Below, piece by piece: positions 60,082-64,000 of a stretch of DNA of 64,000 bases. Made by a program: the position numbers and the translations under genes. Each line of letters begins with the position of its first letter. Position 1 is the first letter of the stretch. Below the pieces are notes generated by a model. That model had not been told where the DNA came from and searched no databases. It saw nothing but the letters and a program-made list of their open reading frames with translations. Origin of the DNA: an uncultured bacterium (GTDB lineage: Bacteria; Verrucomicrobiota; Verrucomicrobiia; Verrucomicrobiales; DEV007); the NCBI GenBank assembly GCA_963977015.1, contig CAXBMO010000020.1, positions 49,944 to 113,943 on the forward strand, read 5' to 3'.

Positions 60082-60192
60082 CTGCCATTTCAGCCTCGTT
60101 GCAACCCGTTGTTTCTCTCTGTTTTTGTGTGGCTGGTTGTTGCATATTGTGGCGGTTATCAGATCAATTTCCCCGTAGAAACCTGCATTTTT
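60082..60192. repeat. Degenerate ~100-bp intergenic repeat, copy 1
   Basis: Shares exact TTTCCCCGTAGAAAC (60168-60182) and colinear blocks with 61905-62012. Confidence 0.65.
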
Positions 60193-60359
60193 GAGCTCAA
60201 CTTAGCTTTCCCGTCAACAATGCTGCTTCTTTACACCAACGACAACCTGCCGAATTCGATCGACGCTGTTGCGATCTGTTGCACGCGCGAGTTCCGGGTG
60301 GGTTTCCTCGCAAAAACCTTCGCTAAATCCACCGGTCGAGCCACGCGATGGCCGCAGCT

Positions 60360-61166
60360 TTAGAACGTCTGGCTCGCAATCATGAGGAGCCCGAAAATCC
60401 CGAAAATGACCATCGCCCGAACCAAGGTCATTCGCCTCTGAATCACCTGCGTATGGAGCATGGTATCCCACGTTGCGACACCCCGATTTTGGACGCGCAA
60501 AAAGGCCAGAAAATTGGCCACGAATTGGAACACGGGAAGGCCGGCAGCCATGCCCAACATCCACACCAGAATCGAGCGGTAGAGACAGGTCGCCGCCTTC
60601 GGCTTTTCACCGTCCGGACCTTGAACCCGCAGGTTGAAGAGGTACTTGCCCAAGGTTGCGCCAAAGCAGGCCAGAAAGATCCACTCGATCAGATGCCACG
60701 CAAAAATGGAGGCCAGTCCAATCTTCTGGAGTTCCCGAAAATAGGCCGCTTCTTCCTCCGTTTGGTCGCCTTTCAAAATTCGCATCAACTGATCCATGTC
60801 GGAGATCGCGACTGGGTCCGGCGCAAACAGATACAAAACGATGGTTTGAAACAGCATCAAATCGAACATCCGTGCGCCAAAACGCGACATCGCATGGGTC
60901 GCAAGGCTTCCCGGGGGAACCGTCGGCTCCGGAGGAAGCGTGGGCACATCGGTCTCGGCTGCCAGTTTGGCATCGAGCTTCTCGCGCTCCACTTCCTGAA
61001 TCAACGTCAGGGCGGCCGGAATATCCCGCAGCGGCTTCCAGGCGTCTTCTCCCTTCACCCAGCCCATGGTATCACCGGACACTTCGGCAGCTCGCAACAT
61101 TTCACGAACCCGGTAACGCGTGAAGGGCCCGCGTTTGTCCCCGTCTTGGACGATAAAGATTTCCAT
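60360..61166 (-). CDS. GYF_2 (DUF4339) plus RDD family membrane protein
   Basis: GDKRGPF...GWVKGEDAWKPL; RFGARMFD, ATLGKYLFNLRV, WDTMLHTQV. Confidence 0.85.
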   Translation of the reverse strand: MEIFIVQDGDKRGPFTRYRVREMLRAAEVSGDTMGWVKGEDAWKPLRDIPAALTLIQEVEREKLDAKLAAETDVPTLPPEPTVPPGSLATHAMSRFGARMFDLMLFQTIVLYLFAPDPVAISDMDQLMRILKGDQTEEEAAYFRELQKIGLASIFAWHLIEWIFLACFGATLGKYLFNLRVQGPDGEKPKAATCLYRSILVWMLGMAAGLPVFQFVANFLAFLRVQNRGVATWDTMLHTQVIQRRMTLVRAMVIFGIFGLLMIASQTF

Positions 61167-61230
61167 GGTATTGAGGTGGCAATCAGAGGCTGTCAGTCGT
61201 AACACCTCGTGATTCGCATACGTTCCCACG

Positions 61231-61893
61231 ATGATTTCCTGTCGGCAAGTAACACGCACGTTTGTTTCTGGTGATCGCTCCATTCGAGCGGTTCAAAATG
61301 TCGATCTGGACGTCGATTCCGGGGAATTTCTCGCCATTACCGGAGCGAGCGGAAGCGGCAAAAGTACCCTGCTTCACTTGATGGGCAGCCTGGACACCCC
61401 GGACAGCGGCGAATTGGAGGTGGCGGGATTGCCGCTCCATTCGGCGACCGAGGCCGAGAAGACCCGATTTCGGCAGGAAGATGTGGGAATCATCTTCCAG
61501 TTCTTCAACCTCATGCCGACCCTTACCGTCGCCGAGAACGTGATGATGCCGCTGCTTCTCCGTGGGGAGCGCCGTAGTGGTTCAGCCGAAAGAGCGGCTG
61601 AGTTGCTCGATTTGGTCGGTCTCGGGCAACGCCGCGATCATCTTTCACACCAATTGAGCGGTGGCGAGATGCAACGGGTCGCGATCGCACGCGCATTGGC
61701 GCCCAAGCCCAAGCTGATCGTCGCCGACGAACCGACCGGGAACCTGGATTCAAAAAATCGCGACCGGGTTCTCGAGATTCTCGGCAAGATCCATGGCGAG
61801 AAACTGGCGACCATGGTCGTGGTGACCCATGAAGACGCCGTTGCCGAGGCCGCCTCGCGACAAGTTGAAATGCGCGACGGCAAGCTGGTTTAG
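61231..61893 (+). CDS. ABC transporter ATP-binding protein (LolD/MacB-like)
   Basis: [36 protein letters not shown]. Confidence 0.93.
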   Translation: MISCRQVTRTFVSGDRSIRAVQNVDLDVDSGEFLAITGASGSGKSTLLHLMGSLDTPDSGELEVAGLPLHSATEAEKTRFRQEDVGIIFQFFNLMPTLTVAENVMMPLLLRGERRSGSAERAAELLDLVGLGQRRDHLSHQLSGGEMQRVAIARALAPKPKLIVADEPTGNLDSKNRDRVLEILGKIHGEKLATMVVVTHEDAVAEAASRQVEMRDGKLV

Positions 61894-61904
61894 CGTCCGA
61901 AAAG

Positions 61905-62012
61905 CTGCATTTCGCCCAGTTGCAAAGCCGCGTAAATCGTTGTTTTGCGTTGCTGTTTGTTGGGTTTTGTCGCGCTATTTTGGGCGTTTTCCCCGTAGAA
62001 ACTTGCGTATTT
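61905..62012. repeat. Degenerate ~100-bp intergenic repeat, copy 2
   Basis: TTTCCCCGTAGAAAC at 61988-62002; same orientation and block order as copy 1. Confidence 0.65.
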
Positions 62013-62105
62013 CGGGCAAAAACAGGCTGTTTTGGAGCCGTTCCCAGCTTTCCCCAGCAAAGGACAGGTTTTGTCGGCTGTTGCAGGTCGGTCGGCACGG
62101 CGTGC

Positions 62106-63404
62106 CTAGGCTTGATTCATCGTTTTGGCGCACTCTTTCGTCCATTTCCCGATACCACTCACCAATCGCCCAATCACCTCGTGAGTCAGTCCATTCTGGA
62201 CGAGCTCATCGGCCAATTCGCCTGCCACTTTCGGAAGTTTCTCGATCATCGACAGGATTCGATCACGCGCGATTTCAGGATCCAACTCCAGCTCCAACGC
62301 GCACTTCTCCCAACTCCGTGCTGAAACTCCGCCCTTGCCTCGAAGCAGGTATTTCCCGCCGATCTTCATGGCCAGCTTCGCCCGCCGCGGATCAACCGTT
62401 TTCGCGTATGGCAAGGTGCTGATCAAATCGTAAAGCGGAGCCATTTCCACCCGGCCACGAGGCGCGATGATGAGCGAATAATTCTTGGCGTGGGCATCGG
62501 TTCCGGCGATCAGCCAATTGAAGGCCAGCGCATCAAAGAACCGCCAAACGTCCTCTTGAGGTTTGGAGGAATGCTTGCGCAAGAGCGTCACGATCTCCAA
62601 CGGGCCCGGCCCACCTTGGCTTTGATATTTGTTTTGGGGCGGATGGCTCAGGGCCTGGCAAAAGTCTTCCTGGTGGATTCGCCGCATCCCATCGCGAGTG
62701 CGATCGTAGCGCTTCGCGACAAAAACCGGAGTTTCTCCAATCACAATGACCTGAGTGGCCGGCACGCGAAACTCCAGTTTTCGCGCCAATCGCAGGCAAA
62801 AGTGCTCCACCTCCGCTTTCCCTTCGAAGTCATCGGCTGCGGGCTTCAAAATATGGGTCGTCGGGATGGAGCCGGCCGGGATTCCCCAGCGCTTTTTCTT
62901 GGAATCACGGTGAAGCGCGATCTTCGGCTGCGCACCCGCCAAACTGAATTGCCCGTGGTCCTGCGCGAACCGGGTCGCACTGTGGTCGCGCAGCAAGGTG
63001 TGAATCCGGTCCTCGACTTCGCTCTGGGTCAGCCAGTCGATCTCGTCGTTTTGATGGTTGAGGAATTGATCGACCCGGTTGAGCTGGACCAACTGGATCG
63101 CTCCGGCACAATCCTCCCCAACCTTGCTCAAAAGCTGGAAGGAATGGCGATTCGAAACCTGGAACCGTTCGCTCCACTGCTTCAAGACGCCGTCATTGTC
63201 CGGCAACAACCCCCAGAGGAATGCATCCACCTGTTCGTGGCCATGCTCGACGGTCCGCAATGGCATCGACAGTGAGAGCGGAAACGCCAGGCGGCTCGAA
63301 CGCCACTTCTTGTCGTAGCGAAACCGCATTTCGTCCTGTTTTCGGTCCCAATGGATTTCGCCCACGATTTTGTCCTCGTAGATCGCAACGAGTGTCTCGA
63401 TCAT
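62106..63404 (-). CDS. hipA: HipA family Ser/Thr kinase toxin
   Basis: PLSLSMP, GLLPDN, SLAGAQPK, HILKP, RIHQEDFCQAL, DAHAKNYS, APLYDL; catalytic motifs intact. Confidence 0.95.
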   Translation of the reverse strand: MIETLVAIYEDKIVGEIHWDRKQDEMRFRYDKKWRSSRLAFPLSLSMPLRTVEHGHEQVDAFLWGLLPDNDGVLKQWSERFQVSNRHSFQLLSKVGEDCAGAIQLVQLNRVDQFLNHQNDEIDWLTQSEVEDRIHTLLRDHSATRFAQDHGQFSLAGAQPKIALHRDSKKKRWGIPAGSIPTTHILKPAADDFEGKAEVEHFCLRLARKLEFRVPATQVIVIGETPVFVAKRYDRTRDGMRRIHQEDFCQALSHPPQNKYQSQGGPGPLEIVTLLRKHSSKPQEDVWRFFDALAFNWLIAGTDAHAKNYSLIIAPRGRVEMAPLYDLISTLPYAKTVDPRRAKLAMKIGGKYLLRGKGGVSARSWEKCALELELDPEIARDRILSMIEKLPKVAGELADELVQNGLTHEVIGRLVSGIGKWTKECAKTMNQA

Positions 63405-63676
63405 AATTCGTCGTCCTCGAGGTTGGCGGTGAACAGTTCGTCGAGGTCGGTTTCATCGCCATCTTCCGGTTTTTCCTCCAAAAAGAGCTCCAGGTTCAGT
63501 GCGTTCAACGTTGCGAGCACCAGGCGAAGTTCGACCGTTGGTTTCCCTCGCTCAAAGTCGATGATCCACCAGCGGTTGACACCTGCTTTCTCGGCCAGGT
63601 CTTTTTGATTCCAACCCAGTTCCTTGCGCCTCTCCCGTGCGAAGGTGCTCAGGTCTTCGAGATGCTTGATATGCAT
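63401..63676 (-). CDS. hipB: HipB-like XRE/HTH antitoxin
   Basis: RERRKELGWNQKDLAEKAGVNRWWIIDFERGKPT; ATGA overlap with hipA. Confidence 0.9.
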   Translation of the reverse strand: MHIKHLEDLSTFARERRKELGWNQKDLAEKAGVNRWWIIDFERGKPTVELRLVLATLNALNLELFLEEKPEDGDETDLDELFTANLEDDEL

Positions 63677-63682
63677 GTGCTC

Positions 63683-63710
63683 ATGTTAAGTGGGCGTTCG
63701 GCAACATCAA
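63683..63710 (-). promoter_or_regulatory. Putative hipBA promoter (leaderless)
   Basis: Minus strand: TTGATG, 16 nt, TAACAT, 6 nt, ATG; no SD sequence. Confidence 0.55.
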
Positions 63711-64000
63711 GCGAACATGTGGTCGTTCGGCAACATCAGGAGGGTATGTGGTTGTTCGGCAACATCTGGAGAGCAGGTGGTCGTTCGGCAACATTAGGAG
63801 GACATGTGGTCGTTCGGCAACGTCAGGAGGGCATGTGGTCGTTCGGCAACATCAGGAAGGCATGTGGTCGTTCGGCAACATCAGGAGGGCATGTGGTCGT
63901 TCGGCAACATCAGGAAGGTATGTGGTCGTTCGGCAACATCAGGAGGGTATGTGGTCGTTCGGCAACATCAGGAGGGTATGTGGTCGTTCGGCAACATCAG
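63688..64000. repeat. Tandem 29-bp repeat array (at least 11 units, truncated by the window), candidate HipB operator array
   Basis: 20-bp imperfect palindrome ATGTGGTCGTTCGGCAACAT plus a 9-bp linker (CAGGAGGGT-like); palindromes start at 63688, 63717, 63746, 63775, 63804, 63833, 63862, 63891, 63920, 63949 and 63978. Confidence 0.95.

Noticed and set aside
63688-64000. CRISPR array
   Set aside because: Linkers are only 9 bp and nearly identical, not unique 25-45-bp spacers; no cas genes in the window.
63688-64000. Protein-coding repeat or repeated SD+ATG translation units
   Set aside because: The period of 29 is not a multiple of 3, the minus strand has recurrent stops, and AGGAGG lies only about 2 nt from the ATG.

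Overview
A GC-rich (roughly 55-60% by eye) bacterial chromosomal segment. Gene content suggests PVC superphylum, probably Verrucomicrobiota; this is inference from the DUF1592/DUF1552 pair, DUF4838 protein, ASPIC/FG-GAP protein, GYF_2-RDD protein and sulfatase. Housekeeping genes (purB, thiL, der, bcp, rsmA, gndA, mnmG, hflX, hppA, nadC, a class A PBP) are interspersed with accessory genes. No rRNA, tRNA, CRISPR array or transposase was recognised. Main observations: (1) an intact hipBA toxin-antitoxin operon preceded by at least 11 tandem 20-bp palindromes at a strict 29-bp period, running off the window end, which looks like a greatly expanded HipB operator array over a leaderless promoter; (2) a four-gene overlapping operon of an ECF sigma, an anti-sigma-like/VWA fusion and two giant membrane-anchored beta-repeat proteins; (3) a near-perfect parS site inside mnmG; (4) an RsmA-Nudix fusion; (5) a doubly frameshifted MazF/PemK-like toxin behind an unlisted 57-aa putative antitoxin; (6) a degenerate ~100-bp intergenic repeat pair; (7) a multi-hairpin leader upstream of a serine protease. 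All family calls come from motif recognition by eye; no database searches were run.
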